Positions 53,302 to 64,000 of a DNA stretch of 64,000 bases are shown one piece after another. This DNA is from Vicinamibacteria bacterium. GTDB lineage: Bacteria; Acidobacteriota; Vicinamibacteria; Marinacidobacterales; Marinacidobacteraceae. The notes beneath the pieces are model-generated. The model was not told where the DNA came from and searched no databases. It worked only from the letters and a program-made list of their open reading frames with translations. The stretch is from NCBI GenBank assembly GCA_963422395.1, contig OY729431.1, positions 1,216,001 to 1,280,000 of the forward strand. Reading direction: 5' to 3'. The translations under genes were made by a program, and so were the position numbers. Numbering within the stretch: the first letter of the stretch is position 1; each line of letters opens with the position of its first letter.

Positions 53302-56300
53302 CTATCGGCTACCGGACGGGGGCGGCGGAGTGTCGTCCTCCCAGAATCGTTCCGGCGCCGGCCGTTCGACCGGCCAGAGCTGCGCCATCGTGCCCGCGTC
53401 GAACAGTTCGCCGTTCCGCATCACGAACCGCACCGAGTTCGTGTTCCGGATGTCTTCGAGCGGGTCGAGATCGAGCACCTGGAGATCTGCCAGCTTGCCG
53501 GGAGCGAGCGAGCCCAGGTCCTCGGCGAGCCCGATGGCTTCGGCTCCGAAGAGGGTGGCGGCGATCAGCGTCTCGTGCTCGGTGAGTCCGCCGGACTGGA
53601 GCGCCCAGATCTCCCAGTGCGCACCGAGTCCCTGGAGCTGTCCGTGGCTTCCGAGGGCGCACTTCCCGCCCGCCCGGATCACCTTGGTACAGCCCTCGGC
53701 GATTCCCGCATGGACATATTCCTCGGGAAGGAACCACTGGCCGCGGCGTCGGACCATGTTGTCGAGGATCGCGGCGGGTACGAAACGCGCGAGCTTCTCG
53801 TCGCCGACCACATCGGTGTTCTGGAAGAAGTAGTTCTCGCTCCAGGGGCCGCCGTAGGCGACCAGGATCGTCGGGGTGTAGAAGGTTTCGGTGCGCGCCA
53901 CGAATTGCGCCACATCGTCGTGGATCGGGACAATCGGCAGGCTGTGTTCGTTGCCGGAGAACCCGTCCGCCATCTGCGTCAGGTCCAGCTTCAGGTCGAG
54001 CGCTCCTTCGGTGGTGGGGATGAGCCGGTGTTTGGCGGCGGCCAGCGCCACCCACTGCCGCACGATCCGGTCGCCGACCACATACTGCTTGATGGTGATC
54101 GAGTCGTAGGCTTCGGCGTAACGCTTCAGGAAATCGTCGGCGGCGTCGGCGTCATGGACTCCCGAGCGGGAGAAGATCCCGGGGCCGGTGGCGTAGATCC
54201 GCGGGGCGAGGATGTGCCCGATCTCCATGAGGTCGCGGTAGGCGAACACATCCGCGGTGGAGGTCTGCGGGTCGCGGGTGGTGGTTACCCCGTAGGCCAG
54301 GTTGGCGAGGTGCTGGAACACCTGCCGTTGATGGAGCCCTCGCGGCGCCCACATGTGGGCGTGGGCGTCCACATAGCCCGGCAGGATCGTCTTGCCGGAG
54401 ACATCGAGGATCCGCGTTCCCGCGGGCGCGGAAAGCCCGACGCCGACCGCAGCGATCCGGTTGTCTTCGACGAGCACATCGCCGCCGGCGACGATCTCCT
54501 CTCCCGCCATGGTGATGATCTGCGAAGCGCCCCGGAGCAGGATCGTCCCGCTCGGGCGCGCCCGCGGCTCGGTGACCACGGCCGCGAAGGTTTCGGGGGC
54601 GAGGTCCGCTTCGCCGCCGACCGCGGCGGCGGCCTGGCGGTAGATCCGGTTGCCGAGGGACCAGATCACGGCGTCCCCCGAAGCCGACCAGGCGAGGTAG
54701 CCGCCCCCCTCGGGAGCTACTTCCCGGACCGGGACCGGCGGATCACCGCTCCCCACCCGGACTTCGAGCGTCCGATCGCCGAACTGCGGCATCTCCACCA
54801 GGTGATGGCGGTTCTGCAGTTCGAAGAACGCCTGTTTCCCGTCGGGGGCCAGCATGATCTGTTCGGCGGGCGGCGGATTCTTGCCGGCGCCCCGCCCGGT
54901 GACTTTCAGGTGGGTCTTCCGGTCGGTGCCGTCGAGCCGCAGCGAAACCAGGCCGTCGTTCCCGGTGAGGTACACCCGGTCCGGATCGCTCGAAAAGTGG
55001 GGGAAACGGCCGCCTTCCACCGGTCCGATCACGGTCGGTTCCCCGCCGCCGGCCGGCACGAACAGGAGCTCGCTGAGCTCGGCCGGGCGCATGCCGCCGA
55101 TTTCGTCCTCCTCGTTCGTCCCGCCGAGTTCCTGCTGGCCAGCGCTGTAGAGGTCCGTCCTGGAGAGATCCGAGCCGCCAGGTCCCGTTCGCAGGAAGGA
55201 ATAGAGGTGTTCCTTCACCGGGGCGCGCCGCAGCACGATGCCGTCCCCGCCCGGAGTCCAGACCGGCTCGGCGTAGAACGCCGGATCGGTGGTCAGCGCG
55301 GTCCCCGCGCCGCCTGCCGCCGGAGCCGTCTTGAGGTGGCCGCCGCGGCTCGACCAGGTGACATAGGCCACGGTGCTGCCGTCGGGGGCCCACGCCGGCA
55401 TGAATTCGTCCTCGTCGGCATCGGTGAGGCGGGTGGGAGCTCCGCCGGCGAGATCCATCCGATAGATGCGGCTGAATGCGGAGAAGACGAGGGCGTCTCC
55501 GTCCGGCGAGATGCGCGGCCAGCGCACGATCCGAGCGGTTACCTCCGGTCCGTCCTCGACCCGCCGGGGGAAGTGGAGGCGCGGGGCCACCTCGGCCTCG
55601 ACCCGCGCCTCGAAGGGGATCCGGCTCATGGCGCCGGTCTCGAAGTCGATCCGGCGGATCTCTCCGGCGACGGAAGCGATCAGCGCTGAACCGTCGGGAG
55701 TGAAGGCGTAGCCGGGCATGGTGTCGCGGCTCGCTCGGGATTCCTGGTCGTCGCGGGTGACCCCGCTCACCAGCCAGCGTTCTTCGCCGGTATCGAGGTC
55801 GCGCACCCGCAGCGCGGTTTCGGTCCGGTGGCGGGTGGCATAGACCAGCTGCCGACCGTCCGGACTCAGAACCGGGCGCATCGCACTGCCCGGAGCGCTG
55901 GTGATCGTGGTCTCGTCGCCGGTCACCCGGTCGAAGCGGACCACCTGCCAGATCGGAAACTGCGCGTTGTAGTTGAAGGTACCCCGCCGCTCGGAGAAAT
56001 AGATCCAACGGCCGTCTCGATCGGCCACTGCGCCGAGCCGATGGAGCGGCGGCGGTCCGCCGGTCCCCGGAGTCGGCTCCGGCGGCGCCGCTCCGAGCCG
56101 CACCCCGCTTCCGCCGTCTCGGTGGACCAGGAAAACGCCGGCGGTCCGGTCGGGCGGCCGTGCGCGGGAGACCAGCAGGTACTCGCCGTCCTCGACCCAG
56201 CTCGGCGACACCATGAGCTGCGGGCGGTCGCGGGTGGGGCCGTCTTCGGTGACCGCCCTCGGCTCGCTGCCGTCCGCTTTCGCGATCCAGAGGTTTTCGA

Positions 56301-56658
56301 CGCCGCTGCGGTCGCTCAGGAAGGCGATTTCGCTCCCGTCGGGCGAAAAGACCGGCTGGCTCTCGAAGGACAGCCCCCCGACGATCCGGGTGGCTTCTCC
56401 GCCGCTGATCGGCAAGGTGTAGAGGTCCCCGAGGAGGTCGAAGACGATCGTCTGCCCGTCCGGGGAGATATCGAGGGACATCCAGGTCCCCTCGGTCACC
56501 GTGAAGGAAAGCGTCTCCGAAGCGGCGAGCGGAAGTCCCTTCTCTTCTGCTGCATCGGCGTCCTCGTCCTGGCCGGAGGCGGGAGCTGCGGCGAGCGGTG
56601 CCGCGGGGAAGATGGAACCGGCGGCGAAGAAGAGCGAGAGGGCTCGGAGGAAACGCAT
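53302..56658 (-). CDS. Amidohydrolase with N-terminal TolB/PD40 propeller repeats
   Basis: 'EGTWMSLDISPDG', 'PGYVDAHAH', 'GSHGQLQG', 'GKLADL'. Confidence 0.9.
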   Translation of the reverse strand: MRFLRALSLFFAAGSIFPAAPLAAAPASGQDEDADAAEEKGLPLAASETLSFTVTEGTWMSLDISPDGQTIVFDLLGDLYTLPISGGEATRIVGGLSFESQPVFSPDGSEIAFLSDRSGVENLWIAKADGSEPRAVTEDGPTRDRPQLMVSPSWVEDGEYLLVSRARPPDRTAGVFLVHRDGGSGVRLGAAPPEPTPGTGGPPPLHRLGAVADRDGRWIYFSERRGTFNYNAQFPIWQVVRFDRVTGDETTITSAPGSAMRPVLSPDGRQLVYATRHRTETALRVRDLDTGEERWLVSGVTRDDQESRASRDTMPGYAFTPDGSALIASVAGEIRRIDFETGAMSRIPFEARVEAEVAPRLHFPRRVEDGPEVTARIVRWPRISPDGDALVFSAFSRIYRMDLAGGAPTRLTDADEDEFMPAWAPDGSTVAYVTWSSRGGHLKTAPAAGGAGTALTTDPAFYAEPVWTPGGDGIVLRRAPVKEHLYSFLRTGPGGSDLSRTDLYSAGQQELGGTNEEDEIGGMRPAELSELLFVPAGGGEPTVIGPVEGGRFPHFSSDPDRVYLTGNDGLVSLRLDGTDRKTHLKVTGRGAGKNPPPAEQIMLAPDGKQAFFELQNRHHLVEMPQFGDRTLEVRVGSGDPPVPVREVAPEGGGYLAWSASGDAVIWSLGNRIYRQAAAAVGGEADLAPETFAAVVTEPRARPSGTILLRGASQIITMAGEEIVAGGDVLVEDNRIAAVGVGLSAPAGTRILDVSGKTILPGYVDAHAHMWAPRGLHQRQVFQHLANLAYGVTTTRDPQTSTADVFAYRDLMEIGHILAPRIYATGPGIFSRSGVHDADAADDFLKRYAEAYDSITIKQYVVGDRIVRQWVALAAAKHRLIPTTEGALDLKLDLTQMADGFSGNEHSLPIVPIHDDVAQFVARTETFYTPTILVAYGGPWSENYFFQNTDVVGDEKLARFVPAAILDNMVRRRGQWFLPEEYVHAGIAEGCTKVIRAGGKCALGSHGQLQGLGAHWEIWALQSGGLTEHETLIAATLFGAEAIGLAEDLGSLAPGKLADLQVLDLDPLEDIRNTNSVRFVMRNGELFDAGTMAQLWPVERPAPERFWEDDTPPPPSGSR

Positions 56659-56782
56659 CCGCCGATTCTACGGGCGGCGCTGCTGCGGCGTTGACCGCTC
56701 GCTGCCGTCCGGGGGACCGGGCGGGCCGAACCACAGGATGCCGACGCCGGAGTGCCGACGCCCGCGGCGATGTCAGGGGCCG

Positions 56783-57250
56783 TCAGAGGAGCGCGAAGAC
56801 AGCGATCATGACGATTCCGCCAGCGAACAGTTCGAGGATTCCGTTACGAATGCACGCGAAGCTGACGGAGAGAGCATTGGTCATGACGATCGTCCCCAGC
56901 TGGTTCTGGTCCAGGTAGAAGAGCCTCGTTGCGCGCAGTGGATTTTCCTCGAGTGCCGCCTGGTGGTTAGCAGCTTGTGGACAAAGTCACACGGCCAAAG
57001 GCCGGCGATGCCCAGTTCTCCCGGTGGGGGCCCCGGCTGAACCGCTTCGCTCGGCGTTGCGATTCGGTCGGAATACACCCGGTATGCCTCCCGAATCGCG
57101 CCTTGTCAGCCGGGCGCCTCCCCGACCTTGGGGCTCGCGCCACTTCATCCACAGGCTGCTAGCAGAGACGCTATACACCTTGCGGAAGGGAGGGATCGGG
57201 GTTGTGATCCGAGATTCGGAGTGGTGCGGATCGGTCGTTCCCCGCTCTCC
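56783..57250 (-). pseudogene. C-terminal remnant of an unknown membrane protein interrupted by MITE copy 3
   Basis: Removing the MITE and one target copy gives the open frame '...FRKVYSVSANHQAALEEN...TNALSVSFACIRNGILELFAGGIVMIAVFALL*'; no start codon. Confidence 0.4.
56971..57158 (-). mobile_element. MITE copy 3 (188 bp)
   Basis: CAGCTTGTGGACAAAGT...ACTTCATCCACAGGCTG flanked by TTAG and CTAG. Confidence 0.88.
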
Positions 57251-57256
57251 GAGCGG

Positions 57257-58897
57257 TCAGGTGGTGACGGCGCCGCGGCTCGCCGAGGAGACGGTGCGGG
57301 CGTACTTGGCGAGGGCGCCGGTGGCGAAAGTGGAATCAGGGGGCGAGGGGCGGCGGGATGCAGCGTCGGGCATCTCGATATCGAGGCGGCGGGAGGCGAG
57401 ATCGATGGTGATCCGGTCTCCGTCGCGGACGAGGGCGATGGGGCCGCCGGCGGCGGCTTCCGGCGCCACATGGCCCACCATGAAGCCGTGGGTCGCGCCG
57501 CTGAAACGGCCGTCGGTGATGAGGGCCACCCGATCTCCGAGACCGCGCCCGATGACCGCCGCGGTGACGCCGAGCATCTCCCGCATCCCCGGTCCGCCGC
57601 GCGGCCCCTCGTAGCGGATCACGATCACATCGCCGGCCTCGATCCGTCCGTCCTGGACGGCGGCGAAGGCGGTTTCTTCCGAATCGAAGACGCGGGCCGG
57701 TCCCTGGTGCCGGGTGCGCCGGTGTCCCGCCAGCTTCAGCACGCATCCCGCCGGCGCCAGCGTTCCGGTGAGGATGGCGAGTCCGCCGCGCGTCTTGATC
57801 GGCTCCGCCGCGGGGCGGATCACCTCCTGGCCGGGAGCTTCCGGAGCGGCCCCGGCGAGCTCGAAGAGCGTTTCCCCCGAGACGGTGGGGGTGTCGGCGA
57901 GGAGGTCGAGTTCCCGGAGCCGGCGGCCGAGGAGGCGCATCCCGCCTGCGGCCTCCATTTCCGGAGCGGTGAACTGCCCACCCGGCTTCAGGTCGGCGAG
58001 TACTGGCGTCGCCGCTCCGATCTCGTCGAGATCGTCGAGGGTGAGCTCGCTGCCCGCCTCGTGGGCGATGGCGAGCAGGTGCAGCACCGCGTTCGTGGAT
58101 CCGGCGGTCGCCGACACTGCGGCGTACGCGTTTCGGAGCCCGTCCCGGGAAAGGAACTCCCGTGCCGTCCTGCCCTCCCGCAGGAGATGCATCACCCGCT
58201 CCCCCGCGCGCCGCGCCGCGTCTCCCTTGCGCGAGTCGGTCGCCGGGATCTCGTTCCCCACCATCGGCGAGATTCCGAGGAAGGCGGTGGCGACCGACAT
58301 CGTGTTCGCAGTGAACTGCCCGCCGCAAGCGCCGGCGCCGGGGCAGGCGGCTCCCTCGAGCTCCCGCAGTTCGGCGTCGCTCATCGCCCCTGCGGCGTGC
58401 GCCCCCACCGCCTCGAAGACATCCTGGATGGTCACCGACCGACCGCGAAAGCGTCCGGGCGCGATGGACCCGCCATAGAGCATGAGCGAGGGCAGGTCCA
58501 GCCGGGCGAGCGCCATGACCGTCCCGGGGATCGTCTTGTCGCAGCCGGAGATCGCCACCACTCCGTCCAGCAGGTGGCCGCGCACTACCAGCTCGATCGA
58601 GTCCGCTACCACCTCGCGCGACACCAGCGAAGCGCGCATCCCCGAGGAGCCCATCGCGATCCCGTCGGTGACCACGATGGTGTTGAATTCGAGCGGGGTG
58701 CCGCCGGCGGCGCGGACGCCGGTCTTCACCTGTTCCGCCAGTTCGCGGAGGTGGCTGTTGCAGGGGGTGATCTCGGTCCAGGTGTTCGCGATGCCGATGA
58801 GTGGTTTCGCGATGTCCTCGTCCGAAAGTCCGGCTGCCCGGAACATCGCCCGCGCCGGGGCCCGACTCGGTCCGCTCTTGATCGCATCGCTCCGCAT
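57257..58897 (-). CDS. ilvD: Dihydroxy-acid dehydratase
   Basis: 'TPCN', 'GCDKT', '[12 protein letters not shown]', '[13 protein letters not shown]', 'TDGRFSG'. Confidence 0.97.
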   Translation of the reverse strand: MRSDAIKSGPSRAPARAMFRAAGLSDEDIAKPLIGIANTWTEITPCNSHLRELAEQVKTGVRAAGGTPLEFNTIVVTDGIAMGSSGMRASLVSREVVADSIELVVRGHLLDGVVAISGCDKTIPGTVMALARLDLPSLMLYGGSIAPGRFRGRSVTIQDVFEAVGAHAAGAMSDAELRELEGAACPGAGACGGQFTANTMSVATAFLGISPMVGNEIPATDSRKGDAARRAGERVMHLLREGRTAREFLSRDGLRNAYAAVSATAGSTNAVLHLLAIAHEAGSELTLDDLDEIGAATPVLADLKPGGQFTAPEMEAAGGMRLLGRRLRELDLLADTPTVSGETLFELAGAAPEAPGQEVIRPAAEPIKTRGGLAILTGTLAPAGCVLKLAGHRRTRHQGPARVFDSEETAFAAVQDGRIEAGDVIVIRYEGPRGGPGMREMLGVTAAVIGRGLGDRVALITDGRFSGATHGFMVGHVAPEAAAGGPIALVRDGDRITIDLASRRLDIEMPDAASRRPSPPDSTFATGALAKYARTVSSASRGAVTT

Positions 58898-59020
58898 GGG
58901 ATTCCTCCATGGCCCGATCGTCTGGAGACGAAGTCACGCGCGTCCGATCCCGCTCTGGACACTCGCACCGCGATCCACAGGTGTCGGGGCCGCCCGCTAC
59001 TCTCTCACGAATCGGATCCG

Positions 59021-60157
59021 ATGCCGCCTGCGACAGTTCCCTCGGCACCGGGTTCCTCAACGGCGGAAGGGCCGCCGACCGGCGGCGAGGCGCGGCGTTT
59101 GCGTCGGACGCTGCTCCGCTGGTTCCGGGAGCACCGGCGCTCGCTGCCCTTCCGCGAGAGCCGGGATCCCTGGCGGATCTGGGTATCCGAGGTGATGCTC
59201 CAGCAGACCCGGGTCGAGGCGGTGCTGCCGCGCTACCGAGCCTTTCTCGCGCGCTTTCCCGACCCCGCCGCGCTGGCTGCCGCCGGGGAAGACGAGGTGC
59301 TGGCCGCCTGGTCCGGGCTCGGCTACTACGGTCGCGCCCGCGCCCTCCACCGGGCGGCGCGGACGCTGGCCGCTTCCGGCGGAGGAATTCCGCGCACCGC
59401 GGTCGCACTCCGGGAACTCCCCGGGGTGGGGGAATACACCGCGAGCGCGGTTGCTTCCATCGCTTTCGGCGAGCCCTCCGCGGCGGTGGACGGGAATGTG
59501 CGCCGTGTCTTCGCCCGGCTCTTCGCGGTGCGGGGCGTGCCGGGCCGCGCCTCCTTCGAGAAGCGGATCCGGAGCATCGCCGAACGATTGATGGAGGCGG
59601 ACGGCGCCCTCTTCCCCGGCGAGTGGAACCAGGCTCTCATGGAGATCGGGGCGCTGATCTGCCATCCGACCACCCCGCGCTGCGAGGCGTGCCCCCTGTG
59701 CCGTGCCTGCCGTGCCCGGGCCGGGGGACTCGAACGGGACCTGCCGGAACGACGGCCACGCCTGGCGCCCGTCTCGGTCCGCTGGGCGCAGGCGGTCCTG
59801 CGCGACCGAGACGGGCGGTTGTTGGCGTTCCGCCGCCGCGAGAGCCCGCTACAAGGTCTCTATGAACTGCCGGGTGGAGAATGCCGCGACGGCGAGGCGC
59901 CGGCGAAGGCGCTCGTGCGCGAGGCGGCCCGGTGCTACGGCCTTTCGGTGATTCCGCGGCAGCCGCTTCCTCCATTTCGCCACGCGATCATGAATCGGAG
60001 GATCGAGGTGTTCCCTTTCGAGGCGGACAACCAGGGTCCGCCGCCCTCCCCAGCGCGCACTGGGGCGCGATGGGTCCGGCCCGAAGAAGTGGAATCGCTC
60101 CCGTCGGGTTCCATGCTCCGGAAAACGCTCACCCGGCTCGGGCAGACGGGCTGCTGA
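59021..60157 (+). CDS. mutY: A/G-specific adenine glycosylase
   Basis: 'WVSEVMLQQT', 'WSGLGYY', HhH 'LPGVGEYTA', 'VDGNV', C-x6-C-x2-C-x5-C, NUDIX-like C-terminus. Confidence 0.96.
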   Translation: MPPATVPSAPGSSTAEGPPTGGEARRLRRTLLRWFREHRRSLPFRESRDPWRIWVSEVMLQQTRVEAVLPRYRAFLARFPDPAALAAAGEDEVLAAWSGLGYYGRARALHRAARTLAASGGGIPRTAVALRELPGVGEYTASAVASIAFGEPSAAVDGNVRRVFARLFAVRGVPGRASFEKRIRSIAERLMEADGALFPGEWNQALMEIGALICHPTTPRCEACPLCRACRARAGGLERDLPERRPRLAPVSVRWAQAVLRDRDGRLLAFRRRESPLQGLYELPGGECRDGEAPAKALVREAARCYGLSVIPRQPLPPFRHAIMNRRIEVFPFEADNQGPPPSPARTGARWVRPEEVESLPSGSMLRKTLTRLGQTGC

Positions 60158-60248
60158 CCTGACGACAGTTTCGCCCCTTTCCACCCCCTCGGCGCCGACC
60201 GGGGACACCGAAGGGAAGCGGTGTCGGGCGCGCTCGACTCGGGCGTTT

Positions 60249-60935
60249 CTATCTCTTGCGTTCCTTCCGGTGGCTCGGAGTCCTTTTTCCCGGGGCTGGT
60301 GGTCGGGGGCCGATTCCCAAGTCTCTGCGGAGCGTCGCGAGAACGCACCAGGCCATGAGCTTCAAGTCCAGCCAAGGGTTCATCGTAGCGATGTAGAGGT
60401 TGTCGTATCGGAGCTTTTCGCGCGGAGAAGCGTGATAGCCGCCGGCAGCCTGGGCGAGGCCGAAGATACCGGGCCGGACTCGGAGACGCCTCCGAAAGCC
60501 GGAAACCTCGAGTTCGATCTGTTCGGTGAGCTCGGGACGCTCGGGGCGCGGCCCCACGAGGCTCATCTCACCCCGGAGGACATGCGCCAACTGCGGCAGC
60601 TCGTCGAAGCGCAAGTGTCGGAGCACCCGCCCCACCGCGGTGATCCTCGGGTCCTTACGAGCCGCCCAGACCGGCCCGAGGCGCTGCTCGGCGTCCACCA
60701 CCATGGTGCGGAACTTCAGCAGTCGGAAGGCCTCTCCGTCCAGGCCCAGCCGGGTCTGTCGAAAAAAGACCGGTCCGCCGTCCTCCAGGCGGATGGCGAG
60801 CGGAATCGAGATCGCCAACAGCAGCCACAGGGGCAGCAGCAGCCAGAAGGAGACGAAGACTACGGCGAGATCGAAGGGGCGCTTGTAGCGGGCGCGCCGC
60901 ATCGGGTCTCGGGTGAGATTTTCGGCGTGCGTCAT
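60249..60935 (-). CDS. Bacterial sugar transferase (phosphoglycosyl transferase)
   Basis: 'KRPFD', 'KFRTM', 'DPRIT', 'DELPQL', 'MSLVGPRPE'. Confidence 0.93.
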   Translation of the reverse strand: MTHAENLTRDPMRRARYKRPFDLAVVFVSFWLLLPLWLLLAISIPLAIRLEDGGPVFFRQTRLGLDGEAFRLLKFRTMVVDAEQRLGPVWAARKDPRITAVGRVLRHLRFDELPQLAHVLRGEMSLVGPRPERPELTEQIELEVSGFRRRLRVRPGIFGLAQAAGGYHASPREKLRYDNLYIATMNPWLDLKLMAWCVLATLRRDLGIGPRPPAPGKRTPSHRKERKR

Positions 60936-62953
60936 CAGCCGGGAGCCCATGGATCGCGGTTCGGAGCGAGTTCGAGCGCCGCCTCGAGGTGGTGCAGCGC
61001 GCGCTCGGCGTAGCGGGCATCCGTCGAGGCCACCGCCCCGTAGAGACGCGCCAGCGAGGCGTGGATCTGCCAATTCCGAGGCTCGGCGGCCAGCGCCGCC
61101 CGGGCCTCGGTTTCGGACCAGGCGAGCAGACGCTGCGCTTCGCTGCTCCGGCTGCGGTGTAACTCGCTCCAGTTGCGCTGCAGGTTTTCGAACAGGAGCC
61201 GCCTCGGGAGATTCGCCAGCGGGTCGAAGCGGCGGGTCGCGGTTTCGAAAGGCACCAGCTGGCTCGTGGCCAGGCCGCGGTGGATCGCGCTCGCGCCGGA
61301 GTGGATGGCGTAGTTCACCCCGAGGCCGGCGCCTGCCAGCCCGATCCCACCGACGGCTGCCGCGACCCGCACCCACCCCCGGCGGAAGAGGGCGGAGAGC
61401 GCCGCTGCCAGTCTCTGCGGCAAGCGGGGAAGGGCGCCGGATGCGGGCTCGAGGTGGACCACGACGGCGCTCAGGACCGCGAACTGCACGGAATGGGAAG
61501 CGGTGACGAAGAGCGCTTGGGATGCCACGAAGAAGCTGGTGAGAGCCGCCCCCGCGAAGAGGGCGAGAGCCCGCACCTGCCGATCCGGTGAGAGCGCTGC
61601 GCGCCAGGGGATGAGCAGCGCGTACCCCCAGATCCCCAGGTAGAGCAGCAGGCCCGGCGCTCCCTTGGTGACCGCTTCCTCGACGAGCGTGTTGTGAGCC
61701 TGGTCATGGACCTGCATCGCGGCGCCAAGCCCCGAAGCATGGCGGCCGAACGGGATCAGGTAGTTCTCCGGACCGAAGCCCAGCAGGGGGCGGTCGCCGA
61801 AGCCCCGGATTCCGGCGTCCCACGAAGCGGAACGGGGTCCCATCGAGACCAGGACGTTTTCGTAGAGCCGGTCCAGGCGGGATGTGAGTGGATTGGAAAA
61901 CGCTTTTCCCCATGGAGTGGGCGCCGTGAGGAGCAGCGCGAACAGCCCGGCGGCGCCGGCGGTTGCGAGGAGGATCCGCCACCGGCCCGAGCGCTGCCGC
62001 AGGACGCCGGCAAGACCGAAAGCGACACCTCCCGCGAGGCCGACGATCGTCGAGAGCGAGCCGCTCAGCGTCATGCCGAAGAGGCTCGACATCGCTGCGA
62101 AGATCCATGGCGCTGCCCCCGCCAGGCGGCGGCTCCACCATCTTCGAGCACTCTCTTCCGGGGCGCCCGGCGGGGTGACCGCGTCCGGTGGATCTCGGGG
62201 AGGAGCATTCGGGAAGAACGACTGCCAGGCCAGCCCCAGGGCGAGCAGCAGGTTCACCATCAGATACGCCCCGAGGAAGTCCGCGTTACCGAGCGTCGCC
62301 GCGATCCGCGGGTAGTGCTGTTCCGGGATGGAGCCGAGCAGCGGCCATTCCACAGCGTAGAGGTTGCCGACCGCGATTGCTGCCACCACGCTGCCTACGA
62401 CCACCTGGACGCTCAGGAAACTTCGGATCTCGCGGCGCCCGTGCGTCACCGAGGCGACCACCACGGTGAAGGCGAACCAGTGAGTGAGGTCGATGACCCC
62501 CTGCATTCGCTCGTAGGTGGACCACAAACTGCGGGTGGGGCTCACCCCGAAGACGGCCGCGAGAAGCGCGACGGCGAGACTGGCGCCGAGGAGCCAGAGC
62601 AGCCTCGATCGCGGTGGGCGCCACGCCGGCCGCCAGAGCGCGAGCGGCACCCAAAGCGCGAAGACGACTCCGATCAGCGAGCGCGACCAGATCGCCTTGC
62701 CGACGATGAACGGGTAGGCCGTCTCTCGGCTGAGGATCAGGGGGGTCAGCAGCACCAGCGCGATGCCCACCCGGATGGATCCGACCAGCACCCTCTCCGG
62801 AAGAGAAACCCTTTCCGGCGGCTGGTTTACCGCTGGAGCGGGGCGATCCGCTCTCGGGACCGGCGCGCGCCTCCGCTTCCGCCTCGATACCCCCGATGCC
62901 TTCCGCTTCGATCCGGAGCGGAAGGCCTGCCCCTCCGGTGAGCCCCGCTTCAA
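60935..62953 (-). CDS. O-antigen ligase/Wzy-like membrane protein with TPR-like C-terminus
   Basis: 'ATLGNADFLGAYL', 'RPLLGFGPENY', 'AHN'; many TMs; start uncertain. Confidence 0.85.
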   Translation of the reverse strand: MKRGSPEGQAFRSGSKRKASGVSRRKRRRAPVPRADRPAPAVNQPPERVSLPERVLVGSIRVGIALVLLTPLILSRETAYPFIVGKAIWSRSLIGVVFALWVPLALWRPAWRPPRSRLLWLLGASLAVALLAAVFGVSPTRSLWSTYERMQGVIDLTHWFAFTVVVASVTHGRREIRSFLSVQVVVGSVVAAIAVGNLYAVEWPLLGSIPEQHYPRIAATLGNADFLGAYLMVNLLLALGLAWQSFFPNAPPRDPPDAVTPPGAPEESARRWWSRRLAGAAPWIFAAMSSLFGMTLSGSLSTIVGLAGGVAFGLAGVLRQRSGRWRILLATAGAAGLFALLLTAPTPWGKAFSNPLTSRLDRLYENVLVSMGPRSASWDAGIRGFGDRPLLGFGPENYLIPFGRHASGLGAAMQVHDQAHNTLVEEAVTKGAPGLLLYLGIWGYALLIPWRAALSPDRQVRALALFAGAALTSFFVASQALFVTASHSVQFAVLSAVVVHLEPASGALPRLPQRLAAALSALFRRGWVRVAAAVGGIGLAGAGLGVNYAIHSGASAIHRGLATSQLVPFETATRRFDPLANLPRRLLFENLQRNWSELHRSRSSEAQRLLAWSETEARAALAAEPRNWQIHASLARLYGAVASTDARYAERALHHLEAALELAPNRDPWAPG

Positions 62954-63127
62954 TCCGGAGCGGAAGGTCCGCCTGTACCGGGGAACGCTTCCACTCGCAC
63001 CAACACCATCGAGACGTAATTCTACCGAGGAGCCGGTGGAGTTTCGCCGGCGTTCTCCCCGGGGCCCCTGCGGCACCGGCGCCCGGATGGCTCTTGGTGG
63101 TTTTAGCCGCCTGTTTCCGAAACCCTT

Positions 63128-63313
63128 CGGCCGTGGAGAGTAGCGAGCGAGCCCCAAGATCGGTGAGGCGCCCGGCGGACAAGGCGCGATTCGGGAGGCA
63201 TACCGGGAGTATTCCGACGGAATCGCAACGCCGAGCGAAGCGTTCAGCCGGGGCCCCCACCGGGAGAACTGGGCATCGCCGGCCTTTGGCCGTGTGACTT
63301 TGTCCACAAGCTG
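63128..63313 (+). mobile_element. MITE copy 4 (degenerate left end)
   Basis: Close to the reverse complement of copy 3; ends GTGTGACTTTGTCCACAAGCTG. Confidence 0.85.
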
Positions 63314-63357
63314 TTGAGGACCAGAGGCATGGATAGACTGCGCCCTCCCCGGTGCCC

Positions 63358-64000
63358 ATGATCGATTTTCACCAGCGCGTCGAAACGAAGTGGCAGGAGC
63401 GCTGGGAACGGGAAGGCACCTTCCGTGCGCCGGACCTCCCCGAGGGGCCTCGGTTCTATTGCCTGGAGATGCTTCCCTATCCGTCGGGCCGCATCCACAT
63501 GGGGCATGTGCGGAACTACTCCATCGGAGATGTAGTGGCCCGTTTCCGCCGGCGGCGCGGTTTCACCGTGATGCACCCGATCGGCTGGGACGCTCTCGGG
63601 CTCCCCGCGGAGAACGCGGCCCTCGAGCGCGGAGCGCACCCCGCGGACTGGACGAACCGCAACATCGAGCACATGCGGCGCCAGCTGCGCCGCCTGGGAT
63701 TCAGTTACGACTGGGACCGCGAGTTCGCCACCTGCGATCCAGCCTATTACCGGTGGAACCAGTGGTTCTTCCTCAAGATGCGGGAGCGCGGCCTCGCATA
63801 CCGGAAGAACGGGCCGGTGAACTGGTGCCCTCGTTGCGAGACGGTCCTCGCCAACGAGCAGGTGGAGGCTGGTCACTGCTGGCGCTGCGAGGCGGTGGTG
63901 ATCTCGCGGGATCTTCCGCAGTGGTTCCTCCGCATCACCGATTACGCCGACGAGTTGCTCGAGGCGATGGAGGAGATGCCGGGCTGGCCGCACAAGGTGC
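63358..64000 (+). CDS. leuS: Leucine--tRNA ligase (3' end outside window; absent from ORF track)
   Basis: [16 protein letters not shown]...[21 protein letters not shown]...[15 protein letters not shown]. Confidence 0.97.
   Translation, partial: MIDFHQRVETKWQERWEREGTFRAPDLPEGPRFYCLEMLPYPSGRIHMGHVRNYSIGDVVARFRRRRGFTVMHPIGWDALGLPAENAALERGAHPADWTNRNIEHMRRQLRRLGFSYDWDREFATCDPAYYRWNQWFFLKMRERGLAYRKNGPVNWCPRCETVLANEQVEAGHCWRCEAVVISRDLPQWFLRITDYADELLEAMEEMPGWPHKV

Noticed and set aside
57128-59020. Long N-terminal extension or fusion on MutY
   Set aside because: It is the antisense of ilvD; MutY similarity starts after about 59021

Overview
GC-rich bacterial chromosomal segment. The gene style suggests Acidobacteriota, but this is inference. 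It is mostly housekeeping and peptide-scavenging genes: nfeD-stomatin, prfB, gap/pgk/tpiA/secG/tRNA-Leu, tRNA-Asp, hsp20, groES/EL, mmsA, copAB, ilvD, mutY, leuS, several peptidases and hydrolases, and a TonB receptor. Signals not visible in the ORF track: (1) the prfB +1 programmed frameshift; (2) a SelW/Rdx-type selenoprotein with an in-frame UGA and a SECIS-like hairpin; (3) a non-coding, highly structured 251-bp tandem repeat (about 2.5 copies) abutting the CCA end of tRNA-Leu, which also has a 16-nt duplication of its 5' end; (4) four copies of a structured MITE whose ends match the end of an IS1182-like remnant; (5) an internally deleted IS481 remnant; (6) a HAIR-like operator shared by hsp20 and groESL; (7) a sulfatase/CDP-alcohol phosphotransferase/GT4/TonB cluster of unknown function. 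No CRISPR array, integrase or prophage was seen. All calls come from reading the sequence; no searches were run.
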